Of a stretch of 64,000 bases of DNA, positions 51,969 through 64,000 are shown piece by piece; the stretch's first letter is position 1, and every line of letters starts with the position of its first letter. The translations under genes were made by a program, and so were the position numbers. Source of the DNA: Podarcis pityusensis (Eukaryota); NCBI GenBank assembly GCA_964106645.2, contig OZ067043.1. One strand, written 5' to 3'. The notes below the pieces were generated by a model. The model saw only the letters and a program-made list of their open reading frames with translations, ran no database searches and was not told the origin of the DNA.

Positions 51969-52130
51969 TTCAAAGTTAGTTCATCTCCAGTGTTTATCTC
52001 TGTAACTGCCAATGGCTGTTGTGCTGTCCTTTGAACAAAGTTGGAATTTCTAAGTGTTAGCGACAAACATATTTTAGTTTTGTATTGATCAATGACCACA
52101 CTAATTTTCTTTACTCTTCATCATTTCCAG

Positions 52131-52337
52131 TACAATGGAATGCATGGTTTACTCCTCACTGTCATCACCTGGGTAGGGATTGTCATTTCCCTTGTCTGCC
52201 TGGCAATTTGCATCTTCACTTTCTGTTTCTTCCGCGGCCTTCAAAGTGACCGAAACACAATTCACAAGAACCTTTGCATCAACCTCCTCATTGCAGAATT
52301 TATTTTCCTAATAGGCATCGATAAGACAGAGTACAAG
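52131..52337 (+). CDS. ADGRL2: ADGRL2 exon, TM1-TM2, 207 nt
   Basis: Acceptor tcatttccAG; donor AAG|GTAAGC; [42 protein letters not shown]. Confidence 0.97.
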
Positions 52338-53928
52338 GTAAGCTCTCTATATTTAACACACATCTGAAGATACCTCACTAAAAGGAATGGTAGCAGTAAA
52401 GTATTTGATGGCCAAAAGAAGTTTCTCAGTTGTCTGCTTTTTTGATGCAACCTTTAGCCGCTTTTCCCATGGACGGGTAGGTTACTCAGGAAATATGGCA
52501 GGCAGAGAAAAGGTTGAACAGCTAATGTCTGAAACTTCTCATTTAGATGCAAAGATGGAACTATCTCATTCAGCTCAGGAGCGTTAAGATTTTTAAAATT
52601 GTGATGCAGAAGCCCTCATTTTGCTTAGAAGACTGAGTTTACCACTATATATGGCTTAGAATTTACTATGCCACAAAGACTTACACCAGTTTAGATTAAA
52701 CAACAAAAAATATTGATGCCATAGAAGGTACAGGAGGGTCCACTGGCACGCACAGGTGTTGCGTTGGCGACCTCTGTTTTAGAGAAAGCAAGAAAACATG
52801 CCTGTTCAATGTTGTTAAGTTGGGAACCAGTAGAAGCTTAATAAGCCTGCCAGAGAGTTTCTTGTCAGGATTTGTTTAGCATTTAAGCCACCTATTGACC
52901 AACAAGATTTTCCTTCAATATTGTGTGTGTGTTAGGGAGGGAGGGAGATCATAGGTGTACAAGTGACGACAATTCAGATTGAGGTATGGTAGTTTTTGTT
53001 ATTTATGATCATTGTTCAAGATCATTTACTGTAATCCAGTGGAACAGATTTTGCAGCTCCATTGGGACGAATGGAACTAAGGAAACAGTTAAATGCTTAA
53101 CTCCCAATTGGCTGCAGTGGGTTCTTAGATAAACCTGCCTCTTGTCCGGTAGGTGTACCTAGCGCCCCCAGATACAGGAGAATGTTACACAGAAATAATA
53201 CATTCCTATCCTTAAGAGATAGAAAGCTATGGAATTCTTTTCCTTTGTGTGTCTTCATTTCTCATTTCAGATTAGCCTTTTCCTAAATCTCAAAGCATGA
53301 GGCTGAACCCATGGTTTTTCTAAAATAAGCTGCCCTTAGAATTGAGTCAGTCGGTAGGATTTTGTTCTGTACTCATCTACAGAGTGTGGCTAGTGATATG
53401 ATAGCAGATCTTCCTAAAAATAGAAAAAGCAACGATATTTGATATTTAAAGGGAAATGGAATATTCTGACAGAGGCATAAGAATTTTCAGCAGAAGGTAT
53501 AAATAATACATCTAGTAGCTGGGGCTCTTTATCTTCTTGTACCAAATCATCTGCAATATAAGCCTTACAGCAGAGTGTTAACATTGCGCTACCAAAAATT
53601 AATGGACTGCTTGCCACACTTGATATTCCATTGCGTCAAAGAATGCTAATAGGCACATGCTTTCCATATCTTAACTCACAGAGTGCAAGAGAGTAGAAGC
53701 TGTAGCTACTGGGAACACAATACAGTTTTCAGTAGTTATGAATATGAAGTTTTCTGTTGGGGGGGCAGTGTGTGTGGGGGGGGGGTTCAATTATTGCATA
53801 TATAGTATGCTGCCATTACAAACCAAGCTGTTAACATCCACATTGTTTCGTTTTCTGAATATATCCGATTAAGTGGGCAGGTTGAAAAGTGTTGCACCTT
53901 GCATTTGATTGTTTCTTTTTCTTTGCAG

Positions 53929-54149
53929 ATTGCATGCCCAATATTTGCAGGCCTCTTACACTTTTTCTTCCTGGCAGCCTTTGCCTGGATGTGCCTAGAA
54001 GGGGTGCAGCTCTATCTCATGTTAGTTGAAGTATTTGAAAGTGAATATTCTAGGAAGAAGTACTACTATGTTGCTGGCTACCTCTTTCCTGCCACTGTTG
54101 TTGGTGTCTCGGCAGCTATCGACTACTCCAGCTATGGAGCGCAAAATGC
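53929..54149 (+). CDS. ADGRL2: ADGRL2 exon, TM3-TM4 and start of ECL2, 221 nt
   Basis: Acceptor ctttgcAG; donor GC|GTAAGT; [31 protein letters not shown]. Confidence 0.97.
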
Positions 54150-56075
54150 GTAAGTAATTGCTAGTGACCTGAGTGTTTCAGGCGATTTTTTGATTTTTTT
54201 TAAGCGTGTTAGCTGTCAGAGCCCCTGACAGACTAAAATAGCACCAGAAAGCTTTATTGGTACGAGAATGGCAAGGCTGTGTGCAAATTCCAATCAGGTC
54301 TTTTGTAATTTTCTAGGTTCAGAGAATTTGTACCCTGGAGAGGCAAGATTCTAAATTACCACCTTTCTTTTTAACACAAAAGATTGACCCGAAACAAATT
54401 GGGAGAAAAAGTAAATAACATTTTGGGCCTCCAATGAATATTAAGTAAAATAAAACAAAATAAAATTCTACTTTACTTAAAAGTATCTGGTTTGCTTTAA
54501 CCCCCCTGCCCTAGTTTTAAGCTAACACTTCATTAGATTTCTTTGTTCAGGATGCTTTCTAGCCAGTTCTCTTTCTAGGGAATGATAGTGCAGTGTTTCT
54601 GCCCCAGTGGTTCACTTTGATAATATTTATCGGGAAAGAATCGGATTAAAATTAGCCCACTGTTTTCTATTTGTAAAAAGTAGGGATATTTATACAAAGT
54701 GACAGAAGGTAGACCCAAAAAAATAATAATGTTTCTGAGGGTTTATGTTGCTAGAGGCATAAATGTGCCTTCCAATAGAGCTTACTTTGTCCTTTGATGA
54801 AATTAGTTACAGTATGGGCAGATACTGTTGGAATACAAGCAAGCTGCTTGATTCTGCTGTTGATGAAAGACAAACGAAAGCAATTCAGTAGGGAGCTGTG
54901 CTATATGAAAAGTGAATCAGTAAGTGAAGTGAGTCCCGATAAACTGATGCGTAATTTAGTTTAATCCTGTTTGAGGCATTTTGTTTGCATTATGCTGCTC
55001 TGCAGAAGAAGAAGAAATATGACATTTAATCATTTTCTGAGTTGGTGTTCCTTGGGGATAGTCAAGTGATGGACAGCTAAAAGCATGTTTTAAATGCACA
55101 AGGAAAAGCTGTGTGGGGAGAGGGGGACCCACATTATACTTTTGCCTGGGTTCACAGCCTATATCAAATACTAACCCAAAAGGAAGCAGAGTTACTTAAT
55201 TAAATACCAGGCTTTTTGTGGTTGCCCTGTACTTCCAGGTACCCCTTGGGGTTGATTAGCTGTACCACACAGGGCATCTTTTTAATGCTTGATGCTTTTC
55301 AACTTGTTGGTTGACCCCATTCTAAGGTGAGCTGTACCAGTGGCAGCATCATTATTTTTTTTGTTGCATTTCATTGAAAAGAAGTGGGGGGGGGGGAGAA
55401 GGTGGAAATAAATAAGCTTGAATGAGAAGCATTGAGAAAGGAAAATGGATGTGGCCTTGAGTTTCATTCTGAGGTTTGATAGGTTCCAGATTTGAAAAGT
55501 GTAAAATGTACTGTAGCACCACCATCAATTGGGGGGGGGGGGGGCGGGGCGTGCAGGTGGTTTGCAATAGTGTGAAGAAAATGGAGTGATAGGCAACAAT
55601 TAATGAGCGTAAAGATGAAAGCAGGTGATCATAAGGAAGTCTTGTTGAACAGCCTTAGTGAAAAGCTCAATAAACAGACACATTCTCAAGCATATGCTAG
55701 TGTTCAGAATTACATCTCCATGCATTTAACTGAAAGAGAGAGTTGCACGGCTGATTTTCTCAACGTAGAACACTTATGGTGTGCTAATGCAGTTTCCCTT
55801 GGTGACCATGCCATTGAATGATGTTAATCTCCTCCCACTTGGCACTCCAAATCATGCTCAGGAATAACATACAAACAAGGAAGCAAGACAGCCAGTTGTG
55901 TATCCATTTTCAAGAATAGGTTTCATATGGATGTCCACATGGGGTTACTACTTAAAAAAAAGTCACATCATAGCCAGTCCATGTGAATAAGTCCTAAGAG
56001 ATGTCTACTTTCCATTGGTAACATAGAGTGAATGTGCTATTCTCACGCCACTTTTCTTCTTTTTTTCTGTAACAG

Positions 56076-56142
56076 CTGCTGGCTCAAAGTTGACAACTAT
56101 TTTATCTGGAGTTTCATTGGGCCTGTTACCTTCATTATTCTG
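56076..56142 (+). CDS. ADGRL2: ADGRL2 exon, ECL2 to TM5 N-half, 67 nt; last exon found in the window
   Basis: Acceptor ttctgtaacAG; donor CTG|GTAAGA; [23 protein letters not shown]. Confidence 0.96.
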
Positions 56143-56280
56143 GTAAGAATATTCTCTCTTTCCTTTCCGCCCATCTGCCTGCCTCTCTCCCAATCCACTT
56201 TATTTATTACAGTGGAAATGACCAAAATACTTTGAAAGTCAGGTTATATTTGCTGTGAAACTGTCATAGCAATAGCCTTT

Positions 56281-56780
56281 TTGGATAAGACCATAGGCCC
56301 ATGTTCTCCAGCATCATCTTCTCACTATAACCAACCAGACGCTCATGGAAAGCTCACTTCTCGTGGGTTGTCTCCCCCCAAAAGCAACTGCTGATATGAT
56401 ACCGATACTGGAAGTAGAAGACAGCCATCACAACTTCTAGCCACTGAAAGTCTTATTTGTCTAACTGCCTTTTAAAGCTATCCAAGTTGGGGGGTGGGGC
56501 AGCGCCACGTCATGTGGCAGCAAATTCTACTATGCACTGTGTTCATTTTGTCTGTCCCAGTATTCAACACTCCAATATTCAACTTAATTGGATGACCTTG
56601 GGTTCCAGTATTGGGAGATACGGAAACCTCTCTCTGCTGTTTGTACACAAATCGGCGAATTTCGACCAGAGACTTTGTACAATTGTGATGGCATATGAAT
56701 CACAAGTCTTAGTTTTGATTTGTGCACAGTCCTATCCCCCCCTTGAGATGATACTTTTGGGATTTCTGTATTTCCTTCTG
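56281..56780 (-). mobile_element. Degenerate CR1-like LINE fragment
   Basis: Recognisable blocks ggataagacc...ccagcatc, ttttaaagctatccaagttgg, tgtggcagcaaattc, ggatgacc..gggttc.agtatt. Confidence 0.55.
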
Positions 56781-56806
56781 GTTTCAGAGCCTTTCAGATA
56801 TCTTTG

Positions 56807-56892
56807 TAGAATCATAGAGTTGGAAGGGACCCCAAGGGTTGTCTAGTCCAACCCCCTGCAATGCGGGAACCACAGCTAAAGTATCCCTGACA
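56807..56892 (-). mobile_element. CR1 3' tail fragment
   Basis: agaatcatagagttggaagggacc...tctagtccaaccccctgcaatgcgggaa is the reverse complement of the CR1 3' UTR also seen near 50170-50230. Confidence 0.8.
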
Positions 56893-57707
56893 TGTCATCA
56901 TTTATTGAATATTATCTCTGTACCTGCTGAACTAAAGCAGTGCTGTTTTAAAAGCAGGACTGTTAATAGGCATTTATTTATTTATTTATTTATTTATTTA
57001 TTTTCTTTTATTATACTTTGCTCTTCATCCAAGAAGTTCAGAGCTTTGTATAGATGGTTTTCAGGTGGTAGCCCATCCATGTACTTGTTTAGGAAATGAC
57101 CCTTTTAATTTTAGCAGTTATCACGTGCCTTCAAACTATTCTTCCTCACACATTCTATAATGCAAATGCTAATGATCCTTTTGGGAGGGAAGGTATCATT
57201 TTTCATTTTACCAAACATCGCTGCAACATAGCTGATGTGTTGGTGCAAAATTCAGCCTTGTTCAAGTAGAGATTTATCTTCTTGGAATAGTCTTACAGTC
57301 TCAACCTTTAAGCCACAATATGTATTGAGTCGTACCCATGGCACCTAATGTCATTCTGTAAGACTGAGTTGCCAATCTTTATCCTTGATTGCCAGTTGAG
57401 TCCAGAGAAGGCAGTTTTTTTCTCAGCAAAACTGTACGTTACACACAGACAAATAGTATTTATTTTCCCCATCATGTTCATTGTGTTAATCATACTGTAA
57501 ATCACATTATTGAAATGTTTTGAAAAACACTGTACATAACGCACAGAATTGAAATCAGTGGCTTGGCTTGCCCCTCCTCCACATTGCAGAACACTCCGTG
57601 ATTGTTCCACAGTAAGTGAGATAATCTTGCATGTTATGCTTCCCCTTCCTGTTTGAAGCCTGGAGTGTGGCAACAGAAGTTCCGCCACATCAATAGCAGA
57701 GGGCATT

Positions 57708-57952
57708 GCAGTGTGGCACCACCACTCTGCTCTCCAGTTGGGATGTGTCGCTGCTGTTTACCAGGAGGCAGAGGAGTAGTTAGGCAGCAGTGAGCTGGTA
57801 CAGTGCCCAACACACCGGAGGAACCAATCCAGTTCTCCCGCCAGTGCCTCTGTAGTGTGCCAGCCTCACCGCTGCCTCATTCCTCCTCTCTACCTCCCAG
57901 AAAGCAACAATGGTGAAACAAACCAGAGGTCAGGTGAGTGGTGCCAGGCTGC
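57708..57952. repeat. About 245-bp imperfect palindromic element (MITE-like fold-back)
   Basis: tggcacca...aggaggcagagg...aggcagcagtgagctggtaca pairs with tgtgccagcctcaccgctgcct...cctctctacctcc...tggtgcca. Confidence 0.7.
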
Positions 57953-60900
57953 TACTGCTACTGCTTCCTAAATTATTAAAAATAATAATAATCCCAACAA
58001 GTAGAACTTCAGTACGCCAGGGAGAAAGTTTCTAGCCCATATTGCACACTTAGAATGCTGAGGACTGTGAGTGTTTTATGTATTTAAAAATTGCATCTCC
58101 TACCTGCAGCCTGAAGTACTAGCCCATTCTGCCACCTCATTCGCATGTAATTCTGTTGCAAGTGGACTGGTCACAGGCGTGGGAATAAAGTGGCTGAAAG
58201 TAATGTGAGAGCTAAAGTTCAGTGAGCCAGGGTCTTGGTATGTCTCCTTTCCTCTTTTCTTTTTTTCTTTTTTTCACAAAAATAACAGCATCATTTACTG
58301 TGATCAGTACTTTCTGTGGGGGTTTTTCTCTCCCCCCTCCCTCTCTTTCTCTGTCTTTAAATAACATTACACTTTGTGTGGGCCTTGGGCATTGAGGCAG
58401 ATATTGGTGTTTCCTCATAACCAGGTCAGAGTGAAAATCGGGGTGAGGGACATTTAATCATATTGACCATGTACAGTCAGAGTCTACTATTATTTACCGG
58501 CCATGACATTATTATCCTCCTGCAAATCATTTAGACTGAGAAGTGAAAGGCCTTTGGGAGCAGTATTCCCAACTTCAAAAAATATGAAACAGCAGGTAGC
58601 AATCACTGCACAGTTCCTGGGAGTAATTCTTCTCTGGCAATTGCTTTGCCCTCTAATCGTACCGACCAAAGGAAAAGGGAGTGTAATGATTCGAGAACAG
58701 TGTAATGTGAACAGTGTAACTGCAGAAGAGGTATGGGTGTACATTAATATATATGCGCCATTCAAGAATTTACCATTACAATCCTTACAAACATATGGCG
58801 ATGGTTGTATAACAACAACAGCTGCTGCTGTTGCTACTATTTAACGATTTATTTAGCCCCAACAATGTGCTGCAATAATCATGGAATATTTGTTAGCTGG
58901 AATGCAACTCTCAATGCAGAGTATGCTAGAGTCGGCCCAATACTGGGCTGCCTTCAACTAAATTATAGAGAAAGTAGACCTACTGTGTATGACTCTGTTA
59001 GATACAGCGCACTGAAAATGGAGTTTGTGTTTCTAGTCCTTAATAGAAAAGTCCTTAATGAGCTACTTCTAATGGACTTTCAAACTCTACATTATAGGTT
59101 GTGCCAAGCTTTTGGGTCACTATTGAGTATGAAACACAGAAAAACAACCCCTCATTTCTTCCTTACACATATGTGGGCACACCCAGCCAGGAAAGGCAAA
59201 CAGCAGATAGTTAATTCTATATTTACAAAAGCAGCTCCTTAGGCACACCGGATACCCACAATATGTAGTTGTCTACATAGCTGTTTTCAAAGTTTGTGTC
59301 TGGGCTTAGGTACCCTTGACTGATGTGAGTGCACATGCGCAACCTGACCCTTCTTGGATACAGTGAGCAGTCTCTTCCTCCACTTCCAACCTGTCCTGCA
59401 TGCCCACCTCCAACTCTGACTGCTTGGACCCATCCTCTTCTCCTTTCCTGGCTCCTGGGTGGCACCCAACCCCAAAAATCTCTGCCCCTCCTCTCCTGGG
59501 TTCGCCTCCACCCCCTTGCCTCCATCACATATTCGTCAGAGTGTTTCCAGTCCCCCTGGAATATGTTCCCTTGTGCATAACTGTTATCATGTGTACACAG
59601 GTGTGTACACTGAATTAAGAACAATCACACAGTTTTAATTTACTGGCTTTAGAATTTGAGATCTTATTCTTTTCCCACCTCCAGCCCACATACACAAAAT
59701 TGTAGACTCCTTTGGGGGAAAGACTAATACACCCATTAAGGAACAGTTAGATAAATTATAGCCTATACTGATCTTAATTGATAAGTTGCAGAAAATAAAA
59801 GCCTGAGTGTCGGTGATTTAATGGACCGCTATCAGCATTTATATGATCTTGAGGCTTTAGTCCATTGTAATTCAAGCAAAAGATTTATTTAGTACATTCT
59901 CAGATAAGATTCTGTGGCCATGATAATCTAATATAAATTTAGGCACTCATGATCTTGTTGAAACTGGCTGCTAATTTGAGGGAAGGAGATGGGCAGTATA
60001 ATGTTACCTATTTGTTTTAAAGGAATTGGAAGAAAATTGTGTTCTTTGGGAATAGTAAGTGTTCAAGGGGAAATCTGCAACTGGATGTTCCATTGACTTC
60101 GTCCTTTTATCGGAATTTTTGATACATGCACCGATTTTTATATAAGCTTTTCTGCCTTCCTTAAAAATAAGAATTGGGCATATTGGTCAGAATTAGGATC
60201 TCATTGTTTTGAATGGGATCAAGCACCTGCAGTTCTGCACTGTATTTGTATTTCTGTGTTTCTTGATCACAGCCTTTTTATTTATGGCACGCCTTGCTGT
60301 TTTTTGCATTTAAAGTAAAGATCACTACCCTCCCTTTCCTTGCCATACACCCACCCACCCGATGCTTTCCCTCTTAAGGTTAGGTAGGCCCGCCTTCCCA
60401 AATAACCTTGCCCGTTCTCGGCGTTTTAGGAAACGTGCGGCATTCAAATCCTTGAAGGAGAGCGGTTGACTTTCCTTTCAGACTACGGGGCACCAGGGTT
60501 ATTGTATCTATGGAAGAAAGCATGTGTGAGAGTAATGAGCAGTGGAACGCCATTAGTATGCCTGAAATGATTTAATGAAAGCTTGGATCATGACACGTCA
60601 GGAGCTGTTCTTATCATTTGGACAGCTCCATCTGCATCCTTAATAATTAATTAAGTTCAGGGAGAGTTCAGCTTTGCGCACTCCTTTCGAAGGGCTCCTT
60701 CAGACAACACTTCTCAGGCTGCCAGTCCCAGAGAGGAATAGGCTTCTGCTTGGCTAAGAGCAAGGATCTGCGAGATAGAAGAGCAATTTTAGAGCTTGCC
60801 TCTGCCAGGTAACAAAAGCTCCAGGGAGGACAAACAGGGTCAGAACATGTGCAGTTCAGCTAGGTTACCTCAGAGTGGTGTTTCTGTTCTTCTGTCTTAT

Positions 60901-61834
60901 CATATCCATGTCAGCACTTCAGGCTGTGTGGAATGAATTTTAAGCTGCTAAGCTCAATGTAATTCAATTGAGCAGCTTGATGGCTTTAATAAAACAAACA
61001 GTGCACTCTGGCAAACTCTGGTCAGAAAAGCCCACGATTTTGACTTTTAGTGTTTTGCCTCTTTTCGCTTTAATATAATTCAAGGAGGTTCGAGGTTGGT
61101 TAGACGTGTCATTTGTGCTGAGCTCCTGAGAGAGATTCTCATGAGCCTTAGGAATCGCCTGCAGGAAGATGACTGACCCAAAGCGTTCTGGATGTGGTTC
61201 TGTTTCATGAATAGGGAAACATATGATCTCTAAAGAGATGACATTACTTCTCCTTAGTGATACTGTCCATCCAAGACAAAGCAACTTTGCAGCGATAACA
61301 TAATAGGCATTGGGATTTCATCCATTGGTCATAATATTGGCAAATCCTCAGTGTGAATAATGGAAGTTTTAGAAATTTAGGCATAGTTCCTGTGCTGGCT
61401 GTATGGAGAGGGATGTCTAATACTTTATGCTTACCACATCCTAGAAAAATGAATTCACCATAATGTGATAAACTTTCGTGATTCAAGTACATGTTTCCAT
61501 AACTGCAGATGCCATGTCAGCAATACACCATTCACTTGTTTATTAGTTTGGTTTATCTTCATTTGTATGCCACTATTTGATTATTCAGAGTGACATATAG
61601 CAAATTAAAATGACCACTTATGGTGGAAGCAGGAGAACTGAAACTAACCCTGAACTGAAAACCAGTTCCCCACTACTGCCACTGAAGAGGTGATCAGCAT
61701 AAAGGTGACATTGTGCCAGGTTGGGCTTATTACATCTTGGTTTTGTAAGCCTTTTTTCCATACACATTGCCTCTTCTCTGCCCCTTTCTCAATTACACCA
61801 GGAACACTTCAATCAACTGTCCTTTCCCATTACA

Positions 61835-61939
61835 TCTGAACTGGGAAACTATGGTTACCAAGTTCTCAAAACACAGCTTGAAGTTGGTTTAAGATTCTAA
61901 CTTTTTCTGTACCTGGTAACCATGGTTTCCCAGTTCAGA
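61835..61939. repeat. Inverted repeat with 26-bp arms (1 mismatch) and 53-nt spacer
   Basis: tctgaactgggaaactatggttacca / tggtaaccatggtttcccagttcaga. Confidence 0.9.
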
Positions 61940-64000
61940 CACAATGAGAAACTATGGCTAAGTAAATGATGTATTGCTTTAATTGCATCGAGGAAAGGGG
62001 TTGCATATGCAGGCACAAAGCTTGTTCACAATGCAATATAACAACGTTTATATCCAAAATATCACTATCCTACACCACACCCAGTTTCACTGGTGCTACC
62101 GGATGGGCCATTTAGCATTTCAGATGGCTTTTGTATAATAATAGTGCAGTAGTAGAAATGGTTTTGTTGACTTTATTTTACAGAGGTTATAACACTGTAC
62201 TGTTTTGGGAAATTGTGGTTTACAAATAAAGAAAATACAGACAATGTATGTATTGTGCTCTTGTGCCTGGCATTTCATGTATGGCTCATATTGTGAGCTA
62301 GGACTAGGCATGCAGAAGTCTCCTTCTCCATGCACTTCGCCCTCACTCAATAGGTCCACAGTTCTCACACCCTTTGAGAGGAATCATTAATCACAAGAAA
62401 ATTACAAGATCATTTTATAGTGTTATGACAGCAGAAATCTTTCCATGAGTCAGTTTGAATCAATTCCTTGAAGGAATCGATTCAGTGGCTTTCAAGGCGC
62501 ACACAGTATTAATGTTCTTTAAGAAATTAAGCATTTAAACTGTCATATATATATATCACCCAATCACACCTTACAAATATGTGTGATTTCTTAGATAGCA
62601 ATGAGAAGAATCAGGAGAGTGAGGAATAAGCAAAATGTTTTCTTCATAAAAATTGCGAGTACAAGTCGTTTCTTGTAAGTGTATGCTCTTCAACAAGTTC
62701 CTCTGCTCTGCCCCTTTCTGCTTTCTGTGTTACATGATATTATGGCAATCTGTCCGAGTTCGTTTACCCCTTGTTTAGAGGTGATTTATCTAGAGGAGAT
62801 GCATTTTCCCAGAGCTCTCACCTACCATGGTGATGTTCTTACCAGGTGTTGGTGTTTAATAGCAAGAAAGCGAATACTTTTCTAATGGGTACTTGGAGCA
62901 CAGCCAAACCAGGACTTCTGAATATTGCTTTCACAGAGTGAACTAGTGTTCTTTGGTTTGCTTGATGCTTTAAATTATATCATATTTCACAGAGATGTGG
63001 CGAACAAGTATCTCATGCTCTGTTGTCATATGTCTTAGTTACTTTGCTTTAGAACTACAGTATGTTGTATTCTTAAAGAGACTTTCGTTTTCACTTACCA
63101 TCATATTACAGGACCTTTATCAGCTGAATCAAAGCGCAGTGCTGCTTCTTCTGCCACCCTTTCTCTTTCTTTCACTTTCTATGCCTAAGCAGACATTCAT
63201 TTATTTTTTATTTTTTATATCAATCAATAAATTTTATTGTTTATAGCCAATGGCCATCACAATACAATATGAGCACAAATCACACAGCTACAAAACAAAA
63301 GACACAGTTTGCTCCAGACTAGGAAAAATCTACAATGTCCAAAATTTAGGAACATTCCTTCTACTCAGCACCTCTAGGAATTGGCACTATTTAGAAATGT
63401 TGCCCTTATCTTTCTGGTTTTTATTTATGACCCCCCCCCCCCCCAAGGATTCTACTACTTTGGGCTGATTCTTTTGGCACTTTCAACCACGTTCAAATCT
63501 GATTAGCCGTCTACTGGTATGAGTAGCATGATATCATTGACCCCAGTTATGGATAGTGTTTGCTGTCTTGGGGGGGGGGGGGGGAGAGAGATGTTTGCTG
63601 TAGGGCTTGCTTCATACACCATATTGGTTTCCATAGCTGATACCCACAGGGATCTGGCTGATGTTATAGCATCTATGGCAATCCATAACTCCTGCCAGTG
63701 AGGAATGCAGTTGGAAGTAGCAATTAGGGCCACTATTCCAGCACTAAACATGAGTAATGAAGTCATGATCTTGGACACTCTAGTACCAACGTAGAAAGCA
63801 AAGCTATGCCAGCAGAAACAAGAGATATTAGCATAGCAGCATGGACAACCACATCCACAGTATCCATGGAAATCTTGCACCAACACCGGTCACAGCCAGG
63901 CAATTTAGAGTGACTTCAGGGGTGCTGTGATGCTATCACAGAAGCCGTTCCACCCCCCACCCCCCAGTGCATGAGCATGCTTGCAGGAAGAGATATTTGT

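Larger units (their letters stand above)
13163..56142 (+). other. ADGRL2: ADGRL2 (latrophilin-2) gene body, internal portion with 14 coding exons; the gene extends beyond both window edges
   Basis: All exons are bounded by AG/GT, and the intron phases are consistent (2,1,1,1,1,0,0,0,1,1,0,0,0,2,0) with no stop in the joined frame. Paralog-diagnostic peptides [50 protein letters not shown] and [13 protein letters not shown] match ADGRL2 rather than ADGRL1/3 (from recalled sequences). Confidence 0.95.

Noticed and set aside
51843-52034. Poly-Asn / poly-Leu ORFs
   Set aside because: Translations of the (AAT)12 microsatellite.
775-63886. The many 60-145 aa ORFs in the ORF track outside ADGRL2 exons
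   Set aside because: They have low-complexity or repeat-derived composition, many non-ATG starts and no recognisable domains. Several are antisense shadows of real exons (e.g. 26161..26583, 38813..39076).
1-64000. Prokaryotic-type systems (CRISPR arrays, operons, defence islands) or a novel multi-gene system
   Set aside because: The window is a spliced vertebrate gene with SINE/LINE-filled introns. No regularly spaced repeat-spacer arrays or long non-host ORFs are present.
56143-64000. Next ADGRL2 exon (TM5 C-half and ICL3, LNIIFLVITLCKMVKH...)
   Set aside because: No matching sequence was found. aatggtgaaaca near 57910 is part of a palindrome. The exon is presumably downstream of the window.

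Overview
Vertebrate genomic DNA, not prokaryotic. The repeats (Sauria SINEs, tRNA/CR1-tailed SINEs, short hAT and Tc1/pogo-like MITEs) point to a squamate, probably a lacertid lizard. The whole window lies inside one + strand gene, adhesion GPCR latrophilin-2 (ADGRL2/LPHN2). I placed 14 GT-AG coding exons from 13163 to 56142. Their phases join into one stop-free frame of 2734 nt (about 911 codons). That frame covers the second half of the SUEL/rhamnose-binding lectin domain, the olfactomedin domain, the Ser/Thr linker, HormR, GAIN/GPS with the HL/T cleavage site and TNFAILMAH tethered agonist, and TM1 to the first half of TM5. The 5' exons and remaining 3' exons are outside the window. Two alternatively spliced cassettes are visible. 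One is a 15/12-nt microexon with a NAGNAG acceptor (KVEQK, MEQK or skipped), which the ORF track misses. The other is a 39-nt GAIN cassette followed by RBFOX/MBNL-type motifs. The introns hold SINEs, CR1/L2 fragments, MITEs with target-site duplications, microsatellites, several fold-back elements and one 128-N assembly gap. Almost all other ORF-track entries are spurious. I see no evidence of a novel multi-gene system. The best leads are splicing-level (tri-state microexon, a candidate poison or terminal exon), divergence on the receptor's extracellular 7TM face, and a near-perfect 71-nt hairpin.
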